Below, piece by piece: positions 1-13,643 of a stretch of 64,000 nucleotides of DNA. Position numbers and translations under genes: made by a program. How positions within the stretch are numbered: position 1 is the stretch's first letter; each line of letters opens with the position of its first letter. This DNA comes from Octopus sinensis (Eukaryota): NCBI RefSeq assembly GCF_006345805.1, contig NC_043019.1, positions 18,289,360 through 18,353,359 on the forward strand, given 5' to 3'. The notes below the pieces were generated by a model. It did not search any database, had not been told where the DNA came from, and worked only from the letters and a program-made list of their open reading frames with translations.

Positions 1-1139
1 ATCCTTCTGGCCTCCCAGACCCCAGTTGAACCGTCCAACCCATGCTAGCATGGAAAGCAGACGCTAAATGGTGATGATGATGATGATGATAACACACCTA
101 TATTTATATGGTTTGGGGTTTGGTCCCACTGCATAGCACGAATGGCAAGTTCTACTATTGTCCTGGGTTAACCAAATTCTTAAGTGTATTTGGCGAATGG
201 AAGAATACCACCAGGTATACGTTTGTGTTAGTGTCCCCTTGTCTTCGTATTACATAATAGTTGTAAAATATGTTATACAAGCTGTGCATTTCCAATAGTC
301 TGTGAGAACATGTCTGGCCAGGGAGAAATATTACATTGATTGGAAACAAATAAGGGTTGGTTACTGGGAGGGTTCCCTCTGGCCCTTGTAAACCTGGTCA
401 AGCAGGCATTAAATGTGTGTGTATCAGCCTCGTCATTTTAGCATCCTCTTTCCATGTTTGCATGGGTTACACAGCATTTATTGAGGCAGATTTTCTACAA
501 CCGGAAGCCCTTATTTCCAAGCAAGGTAATATTTCCCCCCATGACCCAAAAATGGTTTTTGTAGATAACTGGAAATGAACACCTTCACTTGTATGGTGAT
601 GATGATGATGTTCATTTGTGGCCAATCCATGTCTAGGCAAAGCCACATACATACAAGTGCTTCTTACAGTTTCCATCTATCAAGTCTATTCACAAGGCTT
701 TGGTTAGCTTGGGACCATAATAAAAACATGTCCGAGTGCCATGCAGTGGGACTGAACCCAAAACCCATCCAGCTGGGAGACAAACTTCTTAACTGCAGAG
801 CCATGCCTGGTCCTGTCTTTAAGAAGTTTGTCCTGGAACAACTCTGCAGTTTCTGGCATTCATTCCCACCTCGTCGACACTATCAGCTGGTGTCGTTGTC
901 TTCAATAGCCACAGATTGACTTGTGAACGGAATTTGCGTGATGGAAACTGAAGAACTTCCCAGATTCAGATGTGGGGCCAAAGTGCAGTTCCAAACTTGT
1001 TTCTAATCCTCCTCATCCTCTTCATGCTTTTTCTGAGGTAAAGCAAAGCCGAAATATTGAAGAAAACAACAGCAAGAGGAAATGCTTGTGGTAGATCTTT
1101 TGTCAGGAAGTGATTCTGACTGGGTGGACCACCCCCTAA

Positions 1140-1780
1140 GAATGGATTGTTTAACAGGAACGGGTCTTGATTCTATCTTCATTAAATACATGAATATGTT
1201 GATGACAATGCTACTCTCTCTTTTAGGGAACTGAAGAAATCAGTCCATATACTTCTGAAAAGCAAGTAGCATATAAACGATTAGATATCTAACCCTGTAC
1301 CCTTATGCCATGAGTAGGCGACTTGACCAAATTGCCTGGCTGTCTCACAAGCTTGGCTCGGTTTTTACTTTCTAGTCCCTTCCTAAGACTATGTTGACAG
1401 TGAAGTGACAGAAGAGAAACATGAGCCAGAATATCAGAAATGTGTGGGTAGGGTGACAGTGATTTCGTGTATTGAAGTTGGTTAAACATTTCTCAGGGAC
1501 ATTATTTTCTATTGATCTCTATATTCAACAACGAAACTGAAAGTGTGCATCGGGGTGTCATTTGTAAACATTCTAATCATCATTATTTATGCTTCCACTT
1601 AAGAGTTTGTTTAGAATTTTGTGTTTTATTGAGCAGCAAAATCCTTAACCTTTGTCAACGTTTTATGTCCATGTTGATGGCATCATTAGTACAGGAGAGC
1701 TTGTACTGGATGTGTCGTCTAACACAGGACCTGTTTACAATCCCGACGCGGGGACATTAATCTGCTTGCCTTGATTGTCT
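1140..1780 (+). mobile_element. Heavily decayed LINE reverse-transcriptase relic (CR1/L2-like)
   Basis: Interrupted frames give LTGTGLDSIFIKYMN (QGSxLGPLLF-like), HEYVDDNATL (YxDD-like) and LFTIPTRGH (CR1 C-terminal TRGH-like). Boundaries approximate. Confidence 0.3.
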
Positions 1781-2523
1781 GTTAATGAGTTCTGTTAATC
1801 TGTCTTTAGTAGTTGGGTTCAGGTGTGGCGAGCTAAAAGAAGTAACCTGTAGAATTATGCAAAATGGAATCTAACAACAAAAGGTAACAAACTGAGGAGT
1901 TCATAGAGTTTGGAGTTCAAATCCATTAGGGCCATCTCCCTGGGAACTATGTTAAGGGTGTGCTTGTCTGTGGAACACTCAGCCACTTGCACATTAATTT
2001 CACAAGCTGGTTATTCCATTAATTGAAGAGTGAAACCCATACCATATTAGGTGCACCCTATTTTCTGCAGCTCAAATTCAGGGGAAAAGTTTTTACTGCA
2101 TTAAAGCCAGTTTGCATGTACAGTCTGCAGTTATTTGAAAAAGTGCATTTTTGCTCTCTCCAGTTTTGTTGGGTAAAAAAACAAGGTGTCCAATTGTTGT
2201 AGAACAAATCCAGCCCCACCCATGCCACAGTGGGGGAAAGAGACTGTTTGTATAATGGCAGCAGAAATATGCCGAAAGTGATCGGCAAGGGTTGGGTTGA
2301 CATTTCACGTCTCTCTCAGCTTCCCCTGTCCCTTCACCGAATGATTCCAAGACATCTCCAGACGCCATCACTCATTATCAATAGACTCCCGCTAATAACT
2401 TGCCCGTTAGGAAACAGTTGACTTGATTGATAGATGTGACTTGGGCATTGGGGTTTGGGATGCCTCCTGGTATCAATAAGTGAAAGGATTTTATTGTTTC
2501 CATTTTCCATTTGTTTTGTGTAG

Positions 2524-2632
2524 GTGAACATGATCAAAGAAGATGGTCAAGTAATTCATTTCAACAACCCCAAAGTACAGGCATCCTTGACGGCCAACAC
2601 CTTTGCCATTACTGGTCATGCAGAGACAAGGC
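2524..2632 (+). CDS. BTF3: BTF3 coding exon (NAC domain)
   Basis: tgtgtag acceptor, gtaagt donor; [36 protein letters not shown]. Confidence 0.95.
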
Positions 2633-5600
2633 GTAAGTTTACACTTGCTATTCTGCTCTCTCTCTCTCTCTGAATATGTATACACGTGTGGTAGGTTTTG
2701 TGGGTTGTTCCTTGTAAATTAGGTTCGTCTTGTTTTATCTGTTGGATATCATTTTGTATTAACCCTTTCGTTACTACATTTTTGACCAAAATACATCCCT
2801 CATGAGTTTCAATTAAATTCTAAAATAGTCATGAATTTAAGCTTGTTTCATTAAATAACTAACTTTTCTACTTAATCAACATATTAATGTGATATTTGGA
2901 ACATAATTAAAGAAAGGGTTCTTAATCAATTCTGTTGCATAAATTTTGTCTCAAATCCGCCACAAGTTTGACCGAACTAAAGAAATAGGTCAAAAAAATA
3001 ATATACGGCCCTGGTTATGGTATGGAAGTGATAAATTCCAGACCACATCATTCCCGAGGCCATGCTGACTAACATTATTTTCCCTGTATAAAAACTAAAT
3101 CCACAACAGTACCCAGTATTTGCTTCACAAATTTTCCGAACTTTGATCCCCCATTTTGTATTTGTTTCCGAAGTGATTGCTTCAAAGAAGCATACTGAAA
3201 AAAATAAAAGTCTAATGGTTTGATCCTTAAGAAAGACTATAGATAAACTATCTCCTCAGAAAAATTGTTATTAAAAACGTTTTTAAAGTTTTTACTTCAT
3301 TCCGATGTAAAATCGTCTTTGCTGTCGCCATCGCCGCTTTGTTTCTTCGGAATTGCTGCTTTCGGTTTCAGATAAAAAAAATATCCTATTAATTATTGTA
3401 CACCAAGTACTGTTGTACCTCATTCATTCTTTTTCTCGATATCTCCCTATTTTCCGTTGAAAAAAGCTTTAAATTCAGAATCAATGCTTGATAACATGAA
3501 ACTCATATCCATTTTCAAAGTTGAAGAAAAATCGATGCCGAAAAAAATCTCCCAAAATTCCCTGAGTTGAGATATCACGTCAAGCAATGTCGGATACTAT
3601 AACCCAACTATTTACAAAGTGAAATCACGTGTTTTAACGAATGTACCAACGAGATTTGGGTTCAAATTTACATTTAAATAACAGTAGGTTCTCTCGGCCA
3701 GGTTGGTATTATGAACCAAAACATTTTTTTCACCGGCTACGGCCGGGTTAGTAACGAAAGGGTTAAGAGAGGCATCAACTCTAATTGAATGCCTCACACT
3801 AGCCTTGAGATGTTATAGAGACTTGTTTGGTAACATAAAGGAAAAATATGCTGGGCATGATACCAGTGTAACCATCTTTTGTGTGAACTAGGCTTGTCAC
3901 ACAAATGTTGGAAGAACTTTTTTACAAATTAAGTTTGAAAGTCATTCAACTGGAATTTTTGTCGGCAAAAGTCTTTGCTAACAATAAAACTGAGAATTGC
4001 TTTATTCTGTTTTCTTCAATCAGCTTGGTCAGATGATTTAACTGTTGATATTTTTGAACTTTAGTGCCATTAACTTGTCTAAGAACCAAGATGTAGAGTT
4101 TTTGTTGTTCAATTTCAAAACTGAAAATGGAATTTCTGGAGCTTTTCATGAACAAAAACTGTTGTAGAGTTCACTGGTGCAGTGTACAACTGGCATTTCG
4201 AAGATTTTGTCAGCGCTTAACTGTCAATTGCTTCCACATATTTTCTCTGGCAACTCTATAAACCCTAATAGTTAATTGAAGTTAATTAAGAAAAGCTGCC
4301 TCTTTGTATCCAAAGTAGATTTTTAACACATTCTCAAAAAGGCATAAGCACAGGCCTGGCTGTGTGGTTAAGAAGCAGCATGGTTCCAGGTTCATTCCTA
4401 CTGCGTGGCCCCTTGAGCAAATTGTCTTTTATAGCCCCAGGCAGATTAATGCCTTCAGAGTGGATTTTGTAGGTGGAAACTGTGGAAGCTCGTTTTGTAT
4501 TCCTTTCCTCTCCTTCTTGATAATCAGTGTTGTTTTGTTTACATCCTTGTAATTTGGCAAAAGTACTGAAGTTGATTTATTTGACTAAAGCTCTTCAAGG
4601 TGGTGCCCCATTGTGGCTGCCGTCCAATGACTGAAACAAGATAAAAGGATAAACACATATGTGAGGTTTTAAATGTTTCTTCAGTGAAAACTAGTAGCTG
4701 GGGATAGGTGTGAACATATAAACTTGATAATTTGGTGTCTTTGATTTGGTTATTTTGAATGTATCTTTGTAGAAATTGCTGAGATGTTACCTGGAATCTT
4801 GAACCAGCTTGGTGCCGAGAGTTTGAGTAATTTAAAGAAGTTGGCTAATAGCGTGGCTGGAGGTAAGTCTTCTTGTCTGAACATTGATGCTTTAATCTGT
4901 TGTTTTTGTTGTCACTGGTTGATCTGATAATAACGTTACTATAGCAACCAATATAGAAACCATAAAATAATTTGAAGACATTTCTTGGAAATAATATTAA
5001 TTGGTAAACGTCAAGTGTGTCGTGCATCAACTGACGAGTGGGATCATTAACGACTGGTGCTCGTTTAGAATACACTTTAAACCTGAAAGCAGACATCATC
5101 CTGGATATTCTGCTTCAGATATTTCGAGTGTTACACCTGACATGAAATATTTATTAAAAAAATAGTTTAATCCGCTTTTTATATTTTTATGATGGTCCAC
5201 TTTGTTGCTGTTGTTGTCATTATTATTATTACAGTTGATTAGTCTAACTCTGTTTGATTGTTTTTTGCAGCAGAGGGAGACACCAGCAAACCTTCTACAG
5301 AAGACATTGATGCTGATGATGATGAAGTTCCTGGTACAGTAGACTTTTTGCTTCCAACATTCCCACGCACATCTTGTCGGCTTTTGCATGTTTCCTGAAG
5401 CACAACCATCACTTCACCCCACCCCACCCCACCCCTTGTAAGCTGCCAGGCTTGGTTTCTAGTTTGTAACTCAAAAGGTATTTCAAGGCCAAAGAAAGAT
5501 GATGTTTTTCTATAAAATCAGTGGAACAAGAAAGAGTCTTTGTATGTAGAAGAGAGATTTTAGCTTGTAACATTCTGACAGTCAATATCAAAATGTAGAT

Positions 5601-7515
5601 GTCAGTTTGTACATCAGCGATAAAGGTCAGAAGGCGATAGGCATGAAATAAGTGTTCAAATCAGAAGATTGTGGATGTTGAGTCTGAGGGGAATAATTTT
5701 TGAAAGATCTGAGTAAATACACTTAATTTACAAGTTCCAAGTTTGAGCTGATTACCCAAATTACCCAAAACGATACGATGTGAGATGAGGGTCATGCTGG
5801 AGCTGTAATTCTTGCTGTCTGACGTCAATTACAGCAACAGAGTAAAAAACAATATAAGCTTCTTCATAACAGCTTCATACAATGGGAGGCGAATGTCAAG
5901 TGAGGAAAGGAGGTAAACTGCCCCAAAGTTGTTGCACTATTTTGGCTTAATTGCCATAATTACAAAAATAACACCAAGTTAATATTTCCATGTTCTATTG
6001 AGAGAGAGAGCAGTTAGAAAATGGGTGGTGGACAGCTCAATGTCTTTACTGCAACTAACTCGACTTTTACTTTTGAACATGTCTCAGACTTGGGCAGAAG
6101 TTGATGTTTGAAACTTTCGCAATGCTAGCCTTAATGGGTCGGCATCTGTCTCAAACAACTAACTCAAGCTACAGTGACAAAAATAGATTTTACTCTTCAG
6201 CAGACTGAAAGTCGATAATAAAATAAAAGACAAAACCATGTTTATAAGAGGAATTAAATGTTCAGACAAGTGTATCAAAATGGAAGTAAGATCCAATATG
6301 GCAGAAAGTATATATCCTGGTAAATATAATGTGAGCTCATAGTAGCTCCAGGAGACAAATTAAAGATGTGCTTGGCACTAAATTCTAGCACAGTTGCTAA
6401 AATTAACAAGAAACAGAACTGCATGCAGGTGTATGGTAAAAGATAGACAACTTGTTCTATTACTTGATCCATCATGGGTTGAATAGAGGTTAGCAGTGTC
6501 TAAGAAGAGTGCCGAAAGCACAGGATAATCTCTGATATACAAGGTGTCAGGTAAAAAAAAACCCAAAAAAAACGACTTAACAGGCACTGTTACAGTGGTA
6601 TAACTCTAGAGACTGCCCAAGAATATGGTGCAATGCACAAATGAATGTTGGAGAGGGGCGGTTAACCAACAAAATACCAAATATTTACAAACCTAAGTAT
6701 ATAAAGTGAAAAAGGTAAAAAGTAAGGATCTAAATACATTTGTAAATATTCTGTATTTTGTTCGTTAAATTTTCTTTTTGTCCCCCAATATTCATTTGTG
6801 CATTGCACCATATTTTTGTGCAGTTTCTACAGTTATATCATCGTAACAGTGCCTGTTAAGTCTTTTTTTTTTTACCTGACACCTTGTATGTCAGAGATTA
6901 TCTCATACTTTCGGTGCTCTTCTCAGACACTGCTTACCTCTCTAGTTGGTGGTGACATCAACATCAGGACTTGCCTGGCACTGACATTTTATCAACCCTG
7001 AAAGGATGAACAGCAACATTTGAACTCAGAACATAAAAAACCATTAAACAAACGATTTTACCAGCTCACTGCCTTATAATAATCATAACAATAATAATAA
7101 TTGTATTTATATTTTGGCCAACAATTTCGACGGAGCAGGGCGAGTCAAAAGCTATAACCCATAATCATTGGACCCTCTTTGAATGGTTTTGGTAACATAA
7201 CACACTTTTTTCATTCAAGAATAGTTGACTATCCAGACTTGTTGAGTGTTTTTTCGTTTTTGAAGAAGGGACTCTGAATGGCCTCCTGCAAGTCATAACA
7301 TGATTCTAAGAGAGAAACGTTTTAAAATGATATATTCCTTATACGTTGGCTTATTTTTAGTGAGACCAGTTAAGTAGCATGGGATTGACTAAATAAGATG
7401 GGTGACTGTTTTCCAAAGCTTTGTGATATTCTGTGAGACAATTAACGCCTGTTTTTTTCTTGTTTCAGATCTTGTGGAAAACTTCGATGAACCCTCCAGA
7501 GGAGAAGGTGTTTGA
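2524..7515 (+). CDS. BTF3: BTF3 / nascent polypeptide-associated complex beta subunit, 3' part (4 coding exons; N-terminal exons lie upstream of the window)
   Basis: Exons 2524-2632, 4773-4862, 5271-5333 and 7469-7515 join through GT-AG introns with consistent phase 1 to give [114 protein letters not shown] and DDDEVPDLVENFD are hallmark BTF3/BTF3L4 motifs. Confidence 0.95.
2763..3762. mobile_element. Non-autonomous piggyBac-type DNA transposon (MITE) in a BTF3 intron
   Basis: Perfect 14-bp TIRs ccctttcgttacta / tagtaacgaaaggg, flanked on both sides by TTAA (2759-2762, 3763-3766); no transposase ORF. Confidence 0.85.
4773..4862 (+). CDS. BTF3: BTF3 coding exon
   Basis: ctttgtag acceptor, gtaagt donor; [30 protein letters not shown]. 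Confidence 0.95.
5271..5333 (+). CDS. BTF3: BTF3 coding exon
   Basis: ttttttgcag acceptor (NAGNAG), gtacag donor; [21 protein letters not shown]. Confidence 0.9.
6485..6941. repeat. Fold-back/MITE-like inverted repeat in the last BTF3 intron
   Basis: About 6485-6653 is the reverse complement of about 6781-6941 (roughly 85% identity by eye), with a ~125-bp spacer. Confidence 0.75.
7469..7515 (+). CDS. BTF3: BTF3 terminal coding exon
   Basis: ttgtttcag acceptor; [15 protein letters not shown] then TGA at 7513-7515. Confidence 0.93.
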
Positions 7516-9744
7516 GAACTACTTTCCACCACCATTTTTCTATCTCTCTTCTCTTCTCTTTACTCTGTCTATCACGTCTCTGCATTTACTACTGCAATCC
7601 CTAAGCAAAATGAGTTTTCTGCATTTCATATTGGCATGTCCAGCCTCTTCTATGCCCGTCGACTGCCCAATCTCTACTGGCACCTGGCGACCTCACTCCC
7701 CACCCAAACAAACTTCTTGTAGGTTTGGGAGACATTAGTTGGAGAGACTGTTGGATTTTTCTCACATTTACTATAAGAATGCGGAATTTAAAATTTCAAG
7801 AAAAACTTTTGTTTCCTGTCTCCCCCATTTGTTTTCTTTTTCTCGACTTTCAACAAAGGTATTTTTATTTATTTTTTTTTACCCTGTCCTTAATTCTATA
7901 ATTTTTTTTTTATTTTAAGAAAGGCGAAAGCCTCAAACCCTTGGCCCCTTCCACTTTGTTTTCTGAGACTGTAAATGTACATAAATCAACAGAATAATAA
8001 AAAAAAAGATATGAACACTTTCCATACTGGGTTTTGTTTTTTTTTTTTCTTTTTGTGTGTTTATACACATTAACATAATGATCATCTTCATCATTGTTTA
8101 ACATCCGGTTTCCATGCTGGTAGGAGTTGGATGGTTTGACAGGAGGAGCTAGCAAGCCTGGGGACCATGCCAGGTTCCATTGTCTGTTTTGGCGTGGTTT
8201 CTACAGCTGGACGCCCTTCCTAATGCCAACCACTCCACAAAGTACTGGGTGCTTTTTATGTGGCATGAGCACCAATATTAATGCTGCTGCTGTGGTGGAC
8301 AGGTCTTGAATACAGAAAGGCACCAGATGTCTCGGTTCTTTATCATCCCTTTCATAAGGCTCAGTGTCTTGAAATTAGTCTTCTTGGCTTTCTCTCTCCA
8401 CTTTAAGCAGTCGGCACTTTTGTATGCGATGTACATCCATCTGCATCGCATGACCAAACAAGTGCAGGCTTCTCTCCTGCACACTGCATATAATTCCTTT
8501 TACGTCTGACGTCTCTCTTGATACACTTGCAGTTTATTGCACATCCAGCAGAGTTAAACTAAAAGAGCTTCCAGAACAGCTTAAAGGATGGCAATCTTTG
8601 AATTAACTGCTGAGCTTTTGTTATATTTAAGGTTAGACAGTAAAAGCACCACTTTGAAGTGGAAAAGAGAATCAAAGGAGCAGAGATGTGTTTAGACCCT
8701 TCTTCCATTGTGTTGGACATTGGTCAAATTGTGCGATTGAGAAGCTTACTTTGCAAACCATGTGGTCTCGGGTGTCGGTTCTATTGCGAAACTGTCTTCT
8801 ATAGCCCCAGGTCGACCAAAGCTTTGTGGTAGATGGGAACTGAAAGAAGTCCTTCATACATATGCATAGTGCAGCCTCCTGGCGTGTCTGTTCTCAGTCA
8901 AACTGTTCCACCCCTGCCCCAGCATGGAAAGCAACATGATGATGAGGTGTTATTTGTTAGGAGTCATCCATGAAAATTGTTTTGCCATTACATTGCTTGG
9001 AAATACATGAGGTTTGGTGACAGAAAGAGCATCTGGCCATAGACAATTTGCCTCAAATATTGTCTGAGTCTTGCAATCCTGGAAAGGTGGACGTTGAATG
9101 GTGATGTATATATGGGTAGAAACATGGCTGTGAAGTAGTTGCCTTCCCGACCACTTGGTTTCAGGTTCATTGCTACTACGTGGCACCTTGAGCAAGTATC
9201 TTCTACAGCCTTGTGGTGGATTTGGTTGAAAGAATCCCATTGTGTGTGTGTGTGTTAGTGTTTCCTTGTCTTAGCATCGTGTGACAGTTGTAAATGAGTG
9301 TCAATGTTGTACAAGTGGAATCTCATTCCCAATTTTTCATGAAATGTTCAAATCAGCCAGATCTGACCTCTCCTATTGAAATCACAAAGCTATGAGATAA
9401 TACAGGATTAATTCAAAACCATGTGAATGAACAAGCATCACATCTGGAAGTCATGTAAATGTCAAAGATTTGAAAATGCATAGAATAGTGAAACCATTTC
9501 ACGGGTCCCAAAGACTCCTTTTCTGTTATTCTGGTGAGTTTACCATTTCTGTAATATCTTCAAAAACCCTCACATTAACATCCTAGAAGCAAGATGAGAC
9601 TGCTTCTTGAGTATAAAACTTTATCCTTACCTCGAAAATATCAGCAATAGACGACAGGAAATGGTAGCTTCTCCATGGAAATTAAATCCAGTTGGCAGCA
9701 AGTTTCTTTCCTGATTTGCAGTGTTTGACAAGATAGTGATGTAT

Positions 9745-10088
9745 AGGTATGGCCAGGTTCAATTCCACTGCATGGCACCTTGGGTACGTGTCTTTTACTA
9801 TAACTTCAGTTTAACCAATGCCTTCTGAGTGGATTTGGTTGATGGAAACTGAAAGAAGCCCGTTGTGTGTATATACACATGTGTCTGTTTGTCCCCCACC
9901 ACCAGTTGACAGTTGGTATGTTTACATCCCTGTGACTTGGTGGTTTGGCAAAAGAGATCGACAGAATGATTTCTAGGCTTTTTAAAAGAGACAAGTCCTG
10001 GGGTCAATTCGTTCAACTAAAAATTCTTCAAAATGATGCCCCGGTATTGCCATGCTCTAACGACTGAAACAAGTTAAAGATGAAAGAG
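9745..10088 (+). mobile_element. tRNA-derived SINE (family A, diverged)
   Basis: B-box-like ggttcaattcc, caccttggg..gtgtctt core, central (TG/TA)n, 3' end gactgaaacaagt(t)aaaga shared with other copies. Confidence 0.7.
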
Positions 10089-12340
10089 GTTTTCTTGGCA
10101 ACCATTTTGTACTTGTACTCCAAATGACTTATCCACATTTAACAAAATCTAGGAATTATTGTTTGTCTTCTTTAAGCAATTTTGTATTTCCATTCCAAAT
10201 ATTTTTTTGTTTTGTTTTGTTTCTATCATTGGGGGCCTTGAAGGGCCCAGCACTTAAGTCTGCTACTCTATCGATTTCTTTTTGTCAAATTGCTAAGTTA
10301 GAGGCACATAAATGAATCACTGGTCGTTTAACAATAGAGGAGGTCAAACATTATAAATATGACAAGCTTCTTTCAGTTTCCATCTACTAAATTTGCTCAT
10401 GGGGCATTGGTTGGCCCAAAACCTTTGTAGGGAGCCCAAGGTTTCGTGCAGTGGGACTAGCAAACTTCTTGATCCATTGCCTCTAAAACACTCTAGTGAA
10501 AATTTAAATCATAAATATATATTTTATGAACTTTCTAAATAACTGTACCCCCCACCAATCACTACCCATGAAATTCCCCATTCACTGACTTAGTTCGACA
10601 GGATTAAACAAAAGTCGGGGTTTTCTCCCTGCGATAGTTTCCTCAATATTTTTCATCTTCTCGTAAGTCTTTGGACTTTGGCCATGCTGGGGCGTCGCTT
10701 TGATCAAACATATCAGTCTCAGTCCTTGTTCTTTGGTGCTTATTCCATCGGCCCCTTTTGCGAAACCGCTATTTGAAGAGGACGTAAGCAAACCAACGGC
10801 AGGGTCACACACACACATTAAAAAAAAAACAGTTTGATTCGGCCCCTTAGCTCATCACAGGATCCGAATTTGTCGAGTTAGGTTCTGGCGAGGCACCCAC
10901 AAAGCTCTGTGATTTTTAAATATAATAATTTATGCAACTCCTATTAAATGTGTTGGAGTGGCTCTTTCTTTTGTTTGCCTACTGACACGTAATTTCGTGT
11001 GTGTGTGTGTACGACAGTTTGACATTCAGGTAAAAAAAAAACGACGGTATTTAATGCCTTAAAGCATGAATTATAGACCTGCATTTTATACGCCATATCT
11101 AATGTCAATTAAGGCTAAAACTCTTGAATGAGTTGAACACAAGGCAAGGGCGACAACTCCAGATTTACTAAAGAAAACCACTGGAGAGGGATGGCAGAAT
11201 GGTTAAGACGCTGGGGAAAACGCTCAGCGGCATTTCGTCCGTCTTTAGGTTCCCAAGTTCAAATTTCGCCGGGGTCGATAAAATAATTACCAGTTAAACA
11301 CAGGATCGACTTCCGCCCTCCTCAGTTTCCATAATCCAGTGTTTCTCTTTAACGATATTATATGAAGGCAATTTGGCTTCTTTTTTCCAATGAGAAATTA
11401 TATTTGCTTGGATTATGATAACCAGAAGCTATTGATCCATTACGAAGAGTGTACATGGTGAGAGGAAGAAATGGGAACAGCTATTTCCTCATTGCTTTTT
11501 TAATATTAACCTCCTTTCAATAGATGAGGTAGCAACATCTTGTGTACACACATGCACTCTTTCCCTCTCTCTCGTATGCATGTATGTACGTACATAATTA
11601 TAGAAGGTGGTGCCTGAAAAAGTAATCCAGATTTTGTAGCATAGATACAGAAATAAAATTTATATACAAAAATGCCTCCAGCCTTTCGTCTGCAAGTGTC
11701 ATTGTGTTATTTCAACCACTTGTAACTGCAATTCAGAAGCCGTGTGTTATAATTTACTCGTTTCCTCTTTTCATCCACTTTTAATTGCTGTCATCATCAT
11801 CATCGTTTAACGTCCGCTTTCCATGCTAGCATGGGTTGGACATATACTGGTGAAATGATATGGCTCCAACTCTAGATTTTTCAATTACCTGCAGACATGA
11901 CATCCTGCTTATGTGAGGCTGCTGTCCCACTTTCCATGTTGATTCAAACTGTAGGGTCATGTTTTGGGACATTGTGTACTGACTCTGTAGTGTGTCACTT
12001 CTAAAGCAACAACTGTAGCATTCCCTTTGCTGATAAGCCTTTACCCAGAAACTTGACTTCAAAAATTTTAATCATTTGCTTAACAGAACCCTTTCTCTCA
12101 TATGCTTTCACAATCTCCACTCTTTCTTGCAGAACAGGCTAGCGATGACCCCCTCAATGTAATCTCACAACCATCTAATGTGCTGAGGTTAACAGAGCAG
12201 ACAGTCAACCAGTTCATCATCTTTGTTCAGCAGTTACAGCAATTACAAATAACACAATGACACTCACTTGTGAAAGGCTGGATGCTTTTTCATGTCCATG
12301 AAATATTTCTGTATTTACACTATGCTATGGAAAATCAGGC

Positions 12341-12678
12341 TACTTGTTTCAGTCATTTGTCTGCGGCCATGCTGGAGCACCACCTTTAGTTGAACAAATC
12401 GACCGCAGGACTTATTCTTTGTAAACCTAGTACTTATTCTATCAGTTTCTTTTTGCCGAACCACTAAGTTACGGGGACATAATATATATGTATATATATA
12501 TATATAATACATAATAACATGACGGGCTTCTTTCAGTTTCTATCTACCAAATCCTCTCACAAGTCTTTGGTTGGCCTGAGGCTATAGAAGAAGACACTTA
12601 CCCAAGGTACCATGCAGTGGGACTGAACCCAGAACCATGTGGTTGGTAAGCTAGTTACTTACCACACAGCCACTCCTG
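12341..12678 (-). mobile_element. tRNA-derived SINE (family A, internally deleted)
   Basis: Reverse complement of the 41098-41509 copy, with central (TA)n. Confidence 0.8.
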
Positions 12679-13643
12679 TATCTATATGCATATATATATA
12701 TATATATATGTAAGAATTAGCACTTCCTTCTCTAAGCCTAGATTCGAAATCGAATCCAAGAATCATCGATCGTCCAAACCAATGCAATTAAAGGCGCGAA
12801 ATTTAAGAATCCCTTTGTTCATCTCCCTTTGACCTGCGACCTTCAGCCATATCGGGCTGAGTTCAAATGGACAAGTGCTGACCTAAATAAGCACTGTCTC
12901 TCTTACGATATGACTGTCTTTCTAGCTGTCACAAATATTATAAATACAAGGGAAAAAACAGAGAAGCGGAGACGGCAGCAGACAGATGTATCTCGCCCCA
13001 CGTTTTGGCAGACGACAGACAGAGAGAAATGCTCACAGTATCTATCGACACACACACACACACACAAACATATTCATTTTTAATATGTGCTCTATACAAG
13101 CAATTCGTAGCATTTGCTTACATTTGTATGCAGTGTACTTATAACCCTGTAAATAAATCCCTTTTAATCATGAAACGGTTTATGTATTTGTTTACGTACA
13201 CACACATCCACTACATATATATATAAACCATGCCAGCATGGAAGGTAGACGGTAAACGATGATGTATGAACATTCAGCTTTTGCCAAACAACCTGCACAA
13301 ATGATTTGCTTATAGTGATCAAATTTACATAACATACATTAGCTCACTCCCTCCATCAAACTGACATTGTCTGGCCAGGCACTCAGCATACCACAAAGCA
13401 TCACCATCATCATTTAATGTTTGGCATGGATCAGATAATACAAAAAGATTTGATGATCCACAAGGCTGCATTGTAATCCAATGTCAGCTTTAGCGAGGTT
13501 TCTATGACTGGATGCCCTTCTAATGCCAACCACTTTACAGAGTGTACTGGATGCTTTATGCATGCCACCGGCACAAGTAAGGTTGCCGAGTAACTTGCCA
13601 GACAAGAAAGAACAAGGATAAGGGAAAAGGTGGGGTCTTTCTA

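Noticed and set aside
4863-7468. Intronic snoRNAs or ribozyme in BTF3 introns (ctgacga near 5028; C/D-like boxes near 5640-5830)
   Set aside because: No complete box C/D with terminal stem, and no GAAA after the putative stem II.
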